A DNA stretch of 64,000 bases from an uncultured Bacteroidaceae bacterium (GTDB lineage Bacteria > Bacteroidota > Bacteroidia > Bacteroidales > SM23-62). The position numbers and the translations under genes were made by a program. The stretch spans positions 430-64,429 of the forward strand of contig CAYQQR010000021.1 in assembly GCA_964420035.1 (NCBI GenBank), in the 5' to 3' direction. How positions within the stretch are numbered: the first letter of the stretch is position 1; the number at the start of each line of letters is the position of its first letter. This document shows positions 27,784 through 36,873 of the stretch, one piece after another. The notes beneath the pieces were generated by a model. That model saw nothing but the letters and a program-made list of their open reading frames with translations, did not search any database and was not told the DNA's origin.

Positions 27784-29132
27784 AACTCTGGAGCAAAGAA
27801 CAAGAAAGTCATCAATGGATACAAGCTTTTACTGCAGGCTCCGACCGGGAGCTGGATGTGAAGCTGGCCCCTTATGATGTTTTCGGAAGCATGGCCCATG
27901 TCATTATGCTTGGAGAAAGCGGGCTCATTACCAGCGAGGAAGCCCAAAAGATCCATGAGGTGCTGAAAAAGGTATACGCGGAGATCAGGGAGAATCGTTT
28001 TGAGATTGATCCGCGGGTGGAGGATGTGCATAGCCAGCTTGAAAAGATCCTTATTCAGGAATTGGGAGAGACCGGTAAAAAAGTACATACCGGCCGGTCC
28101 CGCAACGACCAGGTCATGACCGCTTTGAACCTCTTCGGCCGGGACCGGATTAGCAGGATCATAATACTGATGGAAGAAACGGTCCGGATGCTGACCGGCC
28201 TGAGTGAAAAATATAAAGATATTGGCATGCCCGGCTATACCCATATGCAGGTGGCCATGCCGTCTTCTTTCGGCCTGTGGTTCGCCGCCTGCGCCGAATC
28301 CCTGGTGGACGATATGGCTTCCCTGAAAGAGGCCTATGAATTTTGCAACCGCTCACCCCTGGGTTCCGCGGCAGGTTATGGAAGTTCTTTTCCAATTAAT
28401 CGTGAATTAAGTGCTGATTTACTGTTTTTTAAAGAGCTGTTCGTTAATGTGGCTTATGTACAGGTGGCCCGGGGTAAAATGGAGAAAAAGGTGGTCCGGG
28501 CCCTGTCTGACGGGGCCGCAACCCTGGCAAGATTTGCCGGGGAGATATGCCTGTTTATGGGTGAGAATTTCAGATTTCTCTCCTTTCCCGGGGAGATCAC
28601 CACCGGGTCAAGCATTATGCCTCATAAGAAAAACCCGGATGTCTTTGAACTGATCCGGGCAAGATGCAACATGCTGCAGGCCCTGCCCAACAATTTCACC
28701 ATGCTCACCGTAAATCTGCCTTCCGGCTATCACCGGGATTACCAGGAGCTCAAAGCATACTTTATGACCTCTTTCGAGCAAATGGAAGAATGTCTGCAGA
28801 TAGTGAACCAGGTCACGCCACTGGTGAACATACGGGAAAACATTCTTGAAGACGAATCCAATAAACATATTTATTCTGTCGACAGGGTCCACGAGCTGGT
28901 CAGGGAAGGATGGAGCTTCCGGGACGCCTACCACCGGGTGGTCGGGGAGATCAAAGAAGGCAAAATACCCGGTAAAAGTACAGGTAAACAGTCCTTGACC
29001 GGCAGTAAAGATAATTTGTCTAATAAGCTTATAATAAACAGAATGGAAAAGATCATTGAATGTATAGAATTAAACCTTATCGAACGGATGCGTTTGGCGT
29101 TATTTCATTATTACGAAGAACAGAAAAAATGA
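27780..29132 (+). CDS. argH: argininosuccinate lyase
   Basis: TGRSRNDQ and GSSIMPHKKNPD fumarate-lyase signature. ATGA overlap with argE. Confidence 0.95.
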   Translation: MKLWSKEQESHQWIQAFTAGSDRELDVKLAPYDVFGSMAHVIMLGESGLITSEEAQKIHEVLKKVYAEIRENRFEIDPRVEDVHSQLEKILIQELGETGKKVHTGRSRNDQVMTALNLFGRDRISRIIILMEETVRMLTGLSEKYKDIGMPGYTHMQVAMPSSFGLWFAACAESLVDDMASLKEAYEFCNRSPLGSAAGYGSSFPINRELSADLLFFKELFVNVAYVQVARGKMEKKVVRALSDGAATLARFAGEICLFMGENFRFLSFPGEITTGSSIMPHKKNPDVFELIRARCNMLQALPNNFTMLTVNLPSGYHRDYQELKAYFMTSFEQMEECLQIVNQVTPLVNIRENILEDESNKHIYSVDRVHELVREGWSFRDAYHRVVGEIKEGKIPGKSTGKQSLTGSKDNLSNKLIINRMEKIIECIELNLIERMRLALFHYYEEQKK

Positions 29133-29938
29133 CACACAGGGAAAAACTCAAAGCAGCAAAGCGGATCGTGATCAAAGTAGGGAGCTCGAGTCTGTCATTT
29201 CCGAACGGAAGAATGAATTTTTTCCGGATGGAAAAGATAACGCGGGTATTGGCGCACATCACCAATTCCGGTAAGGAGGTATTGCTGGTATCATCAGGAG
29301 CTCTGGCAGTGGGTGCCGGAAGAATGGGCTACGAAAAGAGGCCCGATGCACTGGCCAAGGAGCAGGCTCTTGCTGCCATAGGGCAGGCTGAACTGATGCG
29401 GCTGTATCAGAAGTTTTTTGATGAGTATGATTATATCGTGGCCCAGATCCTGCTGACGCGTGACGGGATCGATCATCCCCAGCGGCGGAAAAATGCCATC
29501 AATACCCTGAATGCATTGCTGGAGGACCGGGTAATACCCATCATCAACGAAAACGATACGGTTTCAACAGAAGAGATTGAATTTGGAGACAACGATACCC
29601 TGTCGGCCAAGGTGGCTACCATGATGGATGCCGACCTGCTAATTATGCTTTCGAATATTGACGGGCTCTATGACGGGGATCCGTCTGAAAATGAAGGCAG
29701 TAAGATAATCAGTGAGGTAACCGACATCGACAAGATTTCGAATTGTGCAGGGACTTCGAATTCCTCTTTCGGAACCGGTGGAATGATCACCAAGATCCAA
29801 GCGGCCCGCTGGTGCTGCTCCCATGGAATAGATACGGCCATTGTCAACGGGAATGAACCCGAAGCGGTATTGAAATTATTGGATGGAAAACAGGTAGGGA
29901 CCCTTTTTGTTTCCTCGGAAGTAGAATTTTCAAGTTAA
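29129..29938 (+). CDS. proB: glutamate 5-kinase (short form, no PUA domain)
   Basis: Start at MTHREKLKAAKRIVIKVGSSSL, with ATGA overlap on the argH stop. 269 aa, amino-acid kinase fold only. Confidence 0.9.
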   Translation: MTHREKLKAAKRIVIKVGSSSLSFPNGRMNFFRMEKITRVLAHITNSGKEVLLVSSGALAVGAGRMGYEKRPDALAKEQALAAIGQAELMRLYQKFFDEYDYIVAQILLTRDGIDHPQRRKNAINTLNALLEDRVIPIINENDTVSTEEIEFGDNDTLSAKVATMMDADLLIMLSNIDGLYDGDPSENEGSKIISEVTDIDKISNCAGTSNSSFGTGGMITKIQAARWCCSHGIDTAIVNGNEPEAVLKLLDGKQVGTLFVSSEVEFSS

Positions 29939-29946
29939 GCTATCAA

Positions 29947-31200
29947 ATGGAACATAAAGAACTGAATAATAAAGGCCGGCTTGCCAGGGAGGTCTCCAAA
30001 GTCATTATGCTGGCAGGAACCGATGTAAAAAATAAAGTGCTCGAAGATGCTGCCGCGGGACTTGAAGCGGCAAAGGACGAGCTGATAAGGACCAACAGGA
30101 AGGATCTGGATTTTGCAAAAGATAAAGGAATTTCCGGGGCTTTTTACGACCGCCTGATGCTCGATGAAAAAAGGATCGACAGCATGAGCGGGGGTTTGAG
30201 AGAAATTGCAGCCCTGGATGATCCTGTCGGCGAGGTGGTGGAAATGTCCCGCAGGCCCAATGGACTGGAGATTGGTAAAAAACGTGTGCCCATGGGGGTT
30301 ATCGGTATCATCTATGAATCCAGGCCCAACGTAACCGCGGATGCTTTCGGTTTGTGTCTGAAAACCGGTAACACGACCTTATTAAGGGGGGGGAAAGAAG
30401 CTATACATTCAAACCTGGGCATAACAGCCATTCTTCAACAAGCCCTTATACAGAATGATCTTCCGGCCGAAGGGGTGCAACTGGTGGAAGATACCAGCCG
30501 GGACTCTTCGGTGGCCATGATGAAGCTGGACCAATACCTGGACATCCTTATTCCACGGGGTGGTGCCGGATTGATCCGGGCGGTGGTCGAAAACAGCCGG
30601 GTGCCGGTCATTGAAACCGGGGTAGGGAACTGTCATGTTTATATCGACAAGGATGCTGACGCGGAAAAGGCATTACAGATCGCCGTGAACTCAAAGGTGC
30701 AAAGACCTGGGGTATGCAATGCCGCCGAGAGTTTGCTGATCCATAAAGATATTTTTGAAAAAATGGCGGAAAGGCTTGCCGAAGCTTTTCAGGAGCATAA
30801 AGTTGAAATCCGGGGCGATGACCTGGTGGTGAAGCACTTTCCCGGGGCCAGGGCAGCCACGGAAGAGGATTGGGCTACGGAATACCTCGACCTGGTGCTG
30901 GCCGTCAGGGTGGTTGATTCCCCCGAAGAAGCCATCCGGCATATAAGCCGCTACGGTACCCGGCACACCGAAGCCATCGTAACTGAAAATTACACCACGG
31001 CCCGCCGTTTTGTCGATGAGATCGATGCAGCTGCCGTGAATGTCAATGCTTCCACCCGTTTTACCGACGGTTTTGAATATGGCTACGGGGCCGAGATCGG
31101 GATCAGTACCCAGAAGCTGCATGCACGCGGCCCCATGGGATTGCGGGAATTAACCACTACGAAATACGTGGTTTACGGGGATGGACAGGTCCGGGAGTGA
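29947..31200 (+). CDS. proA: glutamate-5-semialdehyde dehydrogenase
   Basis: 417 aa with catalytic-Cys context VCNAAESLLIH and a typical ProA C-terminus. Confidence 0.95.
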   Translation: MEHKELNNKGRLAREVSKVIMLAGTDVKNKVLEDAAAGLEAAKDELIRTNRKDLDFAKDKGISGAFYDRLMLDEKRIDSMSGGLREIAALDDPVGEVVEMSRRPNGLEIGKKRVPMGVIGIIYESRPNVTADAFGLCLKTGNTTLLRGGKEAIHSNLGITAILQQALIQNDLPAEGVQLVEDTSRDSSVAMMKLDQYLDILIPRGGAGLIRAVVENSRVPVIETGVGNCHVYIDKDADAEKALQIAVNSKVQRPGVCNAAESLLIHKDIFEKMAERLAEAFQEHKVEIRGDDLVVKHFPGARAATEEDWATEYLDLVLAVRVVDSPEEAIRHISRYGTRHTEAIVTENYTTARRFVDEIDAAAVNVNASTRFTDGFEYGYGAEIGISTQKLHARGPMGLRELTTTKYVVYGDGQVRE

Positions 31201-31230
31201 TTATTGGTTTTATATGAATTACCCGAGCGC

Positions 31231-31339
31231 GTTCCCCGTAGCTCTGCCGCGGGGTAAGCGAGCACCATTAAAATAAACAATGAATCGATGATTGGCTCCG
31301 CCGGGTTAAAGGTTCCTCGCGGCTTGCCGCGAGGAGAGT
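31231..31339. mobile_element. related double-hairpin REP/MITE-like element (109 bp), intergenic
   Basis: Starts gttccccgtagctctgcc and ends ccgcgaggagagt, matching the termini of the 19986..20056 element. Hairpins at 31234-31254 and 31314-31335 with an AT-rich core. Confidence 0.45.
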
Positions 31340-31343
31340 CAAT

Positions 31344-32429
31344 CTAGTTTCCTTTAGTATTTTTGATAAGTTCAACAAACTCATCGAACAGAAACTCCGT
31401 ATCTGTGGGGCCGGAGGAGGCTTCCGGGTGGAACTGGGTGGAGAAGAAGGGTTTTGACTTATGGATCATCCCCTCATTGGTCTGGTCGTTCAGATTGATG
31501 AAATAGGGTTCCCATCCCGCTTGAAGGGAATCGTTGTCAATGGCATAACCATGGTTCTGGGAGGTGATGTATGCCTGTTTGCTGTTCAGTCGTAAGACGG
31601 GCTGATTATGGCTCCTGTGACCGTATTTCAGCTTATAGGTATCCGCACCGCTGGCCAGGGCCATCAATTGGTTGCCCAGGCAGATCCCCATGATGGGTGT
31701 GTCCTTTTGAAAAGCATTTTTCAATTGTTCCACCGTGGCGGTACAGCTCTTGGGGTCCCCGGGTCCGTTACTGATGAACAAACCATCATATACCTCCCGG
31801 GAAATGTCGTGGTTCCAGGGTACCCGGATGATGGTGGTATCGCGTTGCAGCAGGTTGCGTATGATGTTGTATTTCACGCCACAGTCGATAAGGCAAATAC
31901 GGAATTTACCCTCACCATAGGTTTCTTTCGCGGGTATGCTGACTTGTTCTACCAGATTCTCCAGGTTCGGATCGTAAAAATCCAGGTCCTCATCCTCCAC
32001 CACGATCTTGCCCGGCATCGATCCCTTTTCCCGCAGCAGTTTAGTAAGTGCCCGGGTATCGACACCGGTGATACCGCTTACTTTTTCTTCCTTGAGCCAG
32101 TCGGCCAGACTTTTTTCGGCGTTCCAATGACTGAATTCCACGGAATAGTCCGAGACGATCAGACCCGAAATATGCAGGTGGTCCGATTCAAAATATTTCA
32201 GGATATCGTTTTCCCGTGATCTTTCCGGTACCCCGTAATTACCGATCAGGGGATAGGTGAGAACCAGGATCTGTCCTTTGTATGAAGGGTCGGTGAGACT
32301 TTCGGGATAACCGGTCATGGCCGTGTTGAAAACCACCTCACCGGCAACCGATCCCGGGTATCCGAAAGATTGTCCTTCAAATACGGATCCGTCTTCCAGG
32401 ATCAAACGAATACGGGGAGCATTTTGCAT
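31344..32429 (-). CDS. carA: carbamoyl-phosphate synthase small subunit
   Basis: Class I glutamine amidotransferase triad context GICLGNQL and FHPE. Typical CarA N-terminus. Confidence 0.95.
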   Translation of the reverse strand: MQNAPRIRLILEDGSVFEGQSFGYPGSVAGEVVFNTAMTGYPESLTDPSYKGQILVLTYPLIGNYGVPERSRENDILKYFESDHLHISGLIVSDYSVEFSHWNAEKSLADWLKEEKVSGITGVDTRALTKLLREKGSMPGKIVVEDEDLDFYDPNLENLVEQVSIPAKETYGEGKFRICLIDCGVKYNIIRNLLQRDTTIIRVPWNHDISREVYDGLFISNGPGDPKSCTATVEQLKNAFQKDTPIMGICLGNQLMALASGADTYKLKYGHRSHNQPVLRLNSKQAYITSQNHGYAIDNDSLQAGWEPYFINLNDQTNEGMIHKSKPFFSTQFHPEASSGPTDTEFLFDEFVELIKNTKGN

Positions 32430-32436
32430 GGGTCAA

Positions 32437-33900
32437 TCAGGATTTTTTTTTGATAAATGCATCAATGATCTTTTCAGCCTGTTCGGGATCGATGCGTTTG
32501 GCAACGATCTCTTTGTTTTCATCCAGGATGAACAAGGTGGGGGTGCTGATGATGTCGTACCGGATCTTGTATGTAAAATCGTAAGGGTTCCAGCAATTGA
32601 TCCAGCCGTAGAGCTTGTGCTCATTCACAAAGTCCACCCATTTCACCTTGCCTTCTTCTCCGCCAAGCATATGGACCGCCACGATTTTTAATCCTTTATC
32701 CCTTAGGCGTTCATAGATTTCATGAAGCTTGGGCGTATAGGTTTTGCAATGGCCGCAGTCGGTTTCCCAGAAATACAGGATAATATAATCGGCGTTTACT
32801 TCATGCAGGTTAAAGAAATTTCCGACATAGGGATTCTTTTTCAATTCCGGATCATCCGCGGCAGCAATAAAATGCTCGTCGGGGACCTGTACCAGTTCGA
32901 TGTCCTGTGCCTTTTTCCCGATCAGGATGGGCTTTGTTTTTTCCACCCTTTCCTTCAGTTTTTCTATGAAATCGGGACTGCTCCAGGTGGCCTCGGGGAT
33001 ATAATAGTTTTCGGCTATATGTACATAAACCTTATCCATGCCCATGATCTGGCTCCGGGCATAATGATTGAACAGGGTGATCAGCATGTATCGGAAAAGC
33101 TGCGGATCGTTCCTGGATTTCCCGATGAGCCAGTCTACCTCCTGAATAATGGAGTCGGGAACCTGGGGAATAACCATGTCGAGATATTCCATCAGTTTGC
33201 TTTCGTAGAAAGGCGTTCTCAGGAGTCGCGGATCGCCCGGATCGAAATTATCGAAATAATGTTTGCGGTAATACCGGTACTGAAAAGCAGAATCCGTAAT
33301 GTTTCCCTCCTCGTCCCTGGGGGGTTCCGGAACCTCTATGTCCTGCAAGGCCCGTAAGAAAGTACCGAAAAAATCACCCCGGTGGGCATCGATCATGGAA
33401 AGGGTATGGGACTTGACCTCCTCATTGATCGTTTTGATCTCATCGGTGATCTTCATGCTGTCCCTTTTGTCTGTACTTTCTTCCAGTTTATTTCTCAGAT
33501 CTTCTATGGACTGGCGACGGAATTTCAGGTATTTCTGGTATTCATAGAAGGCCTCATTGATCTTGGAACCGCTGACCTTCATGCTTCCCGCGAAATCTGC
33601 GGTATCCACTTCCAAACCAAACTCCTGGTCCTTATCGATCAGGATGTCAAAATATTTCCTGTTCGGGAGAAAGACCAGGTACATACCGCCCGGGAGGGGC
33701 TCTTTCCCCTCAAAAACACCTTTGCCCCGGTGATCCAGGATGACGGTATCGCGGGGGTACATATTCTGGTTCATATGGTTCCCGAGCAGGATACTGTCCC
33801 CTGCAAGCTCAGGGATGGTCACTTCAATCGAATAGGCCTGGGAAAACAAACCGGCACTGGAGTTAAAAACCAGGATAAATATGATCAACAACTTCCTCAT
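32437..33900 (-). CDS. TlpA/thioredoxin-fold domain protein with N-terminal helical domain
   Basis: Signal peptide. C-terminal thioredoxin fold with FWETDCGHCK (CxxC). Confidence 0.7.
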   Translation of the reverse strand: MRKLLIIFILVFNSSAGLFSQAYSIEVTIPELAGDSILLGNHMNQNMYPRDTVILDHRGKGVFEGKEPLPGGMYLVFLPNRKYFDILIDKDQEFGLEVDTADFAGSMKVSGSKINEAFYEYQKYLKFRRQSIEDLRNKLEESTDKRDSMKITDEIKTINEEVKSHTLSMIDAHRGDFFGTFLRALQDIEVPEPPRDEEGNITDSAFQYRYYRKHYFDNFDPGDPRLLRTPFYESKLMEYLDMVIPQVPDSIIQEVDWLIGKSRNDPQLFRYMLITLFNHYARSQIMGMDKVYVHIAENYYIPEATWSSPDFIEKLKERVEKTKPILIGKKAQDIELVQVPDEHFIAAADDPELKKNPYVGNFFNLHEVNADYIILYFWETDCGHCKTYTPKLHEIYERLRDKGLKIVAVHMLGGEEGKVKWVDFVNEHKLYGWINCWNPYDFTYKIRYDIISTPTLFILDENKEIVAKRIDPEQAEKIIDAFIKKKS

Positions 33901-33927
33901 GATGCATCTCTTCTATTTCCGGAAACC

Positions 33928-33962
33928 TAACGCGTAATTCGTAACCCGAAACGCGAAACACG
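33928..33962. repeat. heptamer array (taacgcg taattcg taacccg aaacgcg aaacacg)
   Basis: Read directly. Spacer between the Na/Pi transporter stop and the TlpA-like gene start. Confidence 0.7.
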
Positions 33963-34015
33963 TAAATGAAAGGGTAAAAATAAAGAAATTTTAATACTGG
34001 TCCGGTAGCAGAGGG

Positions 34016-35704
34016 TCAGTTATTCGATTCCACAACGGCCTTGGTTACATTTTGCAGATAATCGCCCAGTTGTTCACATTCTGTAAGAATATCATTGTAC
34101 ACCACTCCGGCCTGGTACTTATAATTTTTGTTTTCAATATTTTTCAAATGTTCCTGCTTCAGCCGGTTCCTCAACTGGTTAATCTTTCTTTCAATATTAA
34201 ACGCTTTTTCAGGAGCGATATTCTTATAGTCCGTATCAACATTTACAATCATGGCCTCAAAGGCCTGGTTGAGCAGGTTGAACATTTCATTGAGATTATT
34301 CCTGAGATCCTGGGAGAACCAGATCTTTTGCTGCTTTTTTCTCCGGATGCCTTTGGCAATATTGTAGGATGCATCGGCCACACTTTCGATCTCGTCCACG
34401 ATCTTGAGCATGATACGAACTTTACGGACACCGGCCTGGCTGATCTCCCCCTCCGAGAGTTTGGTGAGGTACGTGGCTATTTCCAGTTCCATGCGGTCGG
34501 AGATCTCCTCATAGTTGGCAATGCGGTTGTAGGTAAGTTCAAAACGTTCCGTATTGACCTCGTTAAAAAGAGTCCTTACCAGGCCAAACATTTTTTTTGC
34601 CCTGCGGGCATAAATGGTCAGTTCCTTCCTGGCTTGCAGCAGGGAAAGTTCCGAAGTCGAAAGGATGCCTGTTTTCAGATGTTTGAGCCTGAAGATCTCC
34701 GGTTCCGGTTGTTTATAGGGTATGATGCGGTTCATGAGCCATTCTACCCGGGGAATGAAGCCTATCAAAAGGACGGTGTTGATCAGGTTAAATGAAGTGT
34801 GGAATATGGACAGGGCCAGGGGGATGGACCGGACCTCTTCGTAGGGCGAAGAAAATCCTGCCCCGGTTACGGCGAGATCGACAAGATTCAGGAATACTTT
34901 ATAGATGATCAGCATCCAGACCACGCCTGCCAGGTTGAAAAAGAAGTGGGATAAGGCGGCTCTCTTTCCGGCATTATTGGTAATGAGAGCTGCAAAATTG
35001 GCGGTGATGGTGGTTCCAATATTCTCACCCAGGATCATAGCTGCGGCCAGATCAAAATGGATCCAGCCTTTATAACACATCACCAGGGTGAGGGCTATGG
35101 CGGCGGTGGAAGATTGGATCAGAATCGTGATGATGGCTCCGACCAGCAGAAACAGGAGGATGGACAAAAATCCCCGGCCGGTATAGTTGAATACAAATTC
35201 GAGTATATCCGGATTGGTGTTGATATCCGGGATTGTAGACTTCATGAATTCCAGTCCGAGTATGATCAGTGCAAAACCAATGATGAATTCACCGATGCTC
35301 CCGCGGGTGTTATTTTTCGCGAATATCAGCGGGAAACTCAGACCAACCAAGGGCAGTACGATGATGCTGATGGCCAGGTTGAATCCCACGAAAGTGATGA
35401 GCCAGGCGGTGACCGTGGTACCGATGTTGGCACCCATGATCAGGCCGATGGATTCGAACAGAGAGAGCAGACCGGCATTGACAAAGCTAACGGTCATGAC
35501 CGTTGTGGCCGAGGAAGACTGTATCAGTCCGGTGATCAGAAAACCCGTGAGAACACTTTTATAGCGGTTGCTGGTCATCCGGGCCATGGTGTTTCTGAGC
35601 CCGGTCCCGGAGACCTTCTGAAGGGCCTCGCTCATGGTCTTCATGCCGTACAGGAAAATACCCAGGGATCCGACCAGGGTCAATATGTTGATTAAAGTAT
35701 CCAT
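34016..35704 (-). CDS. Na/Pi cotransporter family protein with PhoU-like C-terminal domain
   Basis: Duplicated QSSSATT / QSSTAAI motifs in the TM region and a helical C-terminal half. Confidence 0.85.
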   Translation of the reverse strand: MDTLINILTLVGSLGIFLYGMKTMSEALQKVSGTGLRNTMARMTSNRYKSVLTGFLITGLIQSSSATTVMTVSFVNAGLLSLFESIGLIMGANIGTTVTAWLITFVGFNLAISIIVLPLVGLSFPLIFAKNNTRGSIGEFIIGFALIILGLEFMKSTIPDINTNPDILEFVFNYTGRGFLSILLFLLVGAIITILIQSSTAAIALTLVMCYKGWIHFDLAAAMILGENIGTTITANFAALITNNAGKRAALSHFFFNLAGVVWMLIIYKVFLNLVDLAVTGAGFSSPYEEVRSIPLALSIFHTSFNLINTVLLIGFIPRVEWLMNRIIPYKQPEPEIFRLKHLKTGILSTSELSLLQARKELTIYARRAKKMFGLVRTLFNEVNTERFELTYNRIANYEEISDRMELEIATYLTKLSEGEISQAGVRKVRIMLKIVDEIESVADASYNIAKGIRRKKQQKIWFSQDLRNNLNEMFNLLNQAFEAMIVNVDTDYKNIAPEKAFNIERKINQLRNRLKQEHLKNIENKNYKYQAGVVYNDILTECEQLGDYLQNVTKAVVESNN

Positions 35705-35892
35705 AAAGGTTTTATTGGATCATCTTGCCGGGATGGCCCATGAATAAACTATAAACAGTGCAGTTTCAGGCAAGTACCTTGCACAACCAGCATGCTCAGA
35801 AAGCGGCAGACAAAGAAAATACATGCTTATGATTAAGTATCCCCGGAAAGATTAATTTTACATTAAATATTTCCGTACAAAAATACTGCTTT

Positions 35893-36867
35893 ATGTTTAG
35901 TCTTCAGGAGAGTATAGACATTATTCAGCAAAGAATCAAAGCCGTTGAGCTTCCCGGCGAGCCCGCCGAACTCTATGAACCCATAGAATACATTCTTTCC
36001 ATTGGAGGTAAAAGACTCAGGCCCGCCCTGGTCCTTCTCGGGGCCAATCTTTTTTCAGAAGAGATCGAACCTGCCCTTCCCGCTGCCCTGGCAGTTGAGG
36101 TATTTCACAATTTCACCCTCCTGCATGACGACATTATGGACCATGCTGAACGCAGAAGGGGAAAACCGACCGTTCACATGAAATGGAACGAGAATACTGC
36201 CATATTGTCGGGTGATGCCATGTGCATTTATGCCTATATCTTTATATCCCGGCTCAATGCAGATCACCTGCCGGCTGTCCTGAAAGTATTCAATGAAACA
36301 GCTCTACAGATATGCGAAGGACAACAGATGGACATGAATTTTGAGCAGATAGAAGAAGTGTCCATCCGCGAATACATGAAAATGATCGAGTTAAAAACAG
36401 CCGTTTTATTGGCAGCCGGATTAAAAATGGGTGCTTTGAGTGTGGATGCACCCCCCGGAGAGGCTGATAAGCTTTATGATTTTGGCAAGAACCTGGGGCT
36501 TGCTTTTCAGCTGCAGGACGATCTGCTGGATAGCTTTGGTGACCCCGAACGCTTTGGTAAAAAAATCGGCGGGGATATCCTGGCCGGGAAAAAAACCTAT
36601 CTCATCCTGTCTGCATTCCGTGAAGGCGGAGCAGCGGTAAAAAATGAAATCCTGGAACTTTTCAATGCAAAGGGCATGAAGGAACAGAAAAAGATCGCCC
36701 GGGTCAGATCCTTGCTGAAAAGCTGGGGCGTCCGGGAAAACACAGAAACCAGGATAAAGAAATACTATGAAGCAGCGCTGAAATTCCTATCCGATATTAA
36801 AGTTGATCAGGAACGCAAAAAGATACTGGAAAATTTTGCGGCCCGGATGATGTCGCGTGATAAATAA
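35893..36867 (+). CDS. polyprenyl diphosphate synthase
   Basis: FARM LLHDDIMDHAERRRG and SARM FQLQDDLLD motifs. Confidence 0.85.
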   Translation: MFSLQESIDIIQQRIKAVELPGEPAELYEPIEYILSIGGKRLRPALVLLGANLFSEEIEPALPAALAVEVFHNFTLLHDDIMDHAERRRGKPTVHMKWNENTAILSGDAMCIYAYIFISRLNADHLPAVLKVFNETALQICEGQQMDMNFEQIEEVSIREYMKMIELKTAVLLAAGLKMGALSVDAPPGEADKLYDFGKNLGLAFQLQDDLLDSFGDPERFGKKIGGDILAGKKTYLILSAFREGGAAVKNEILELFNAKGMKEQKKIARVRSLLKSWGVRENTETRIKKYYEAALKFLSDIKVDQERKKILENFAARMMSRDK

Positions 36868-36873
36868 TCCTGC

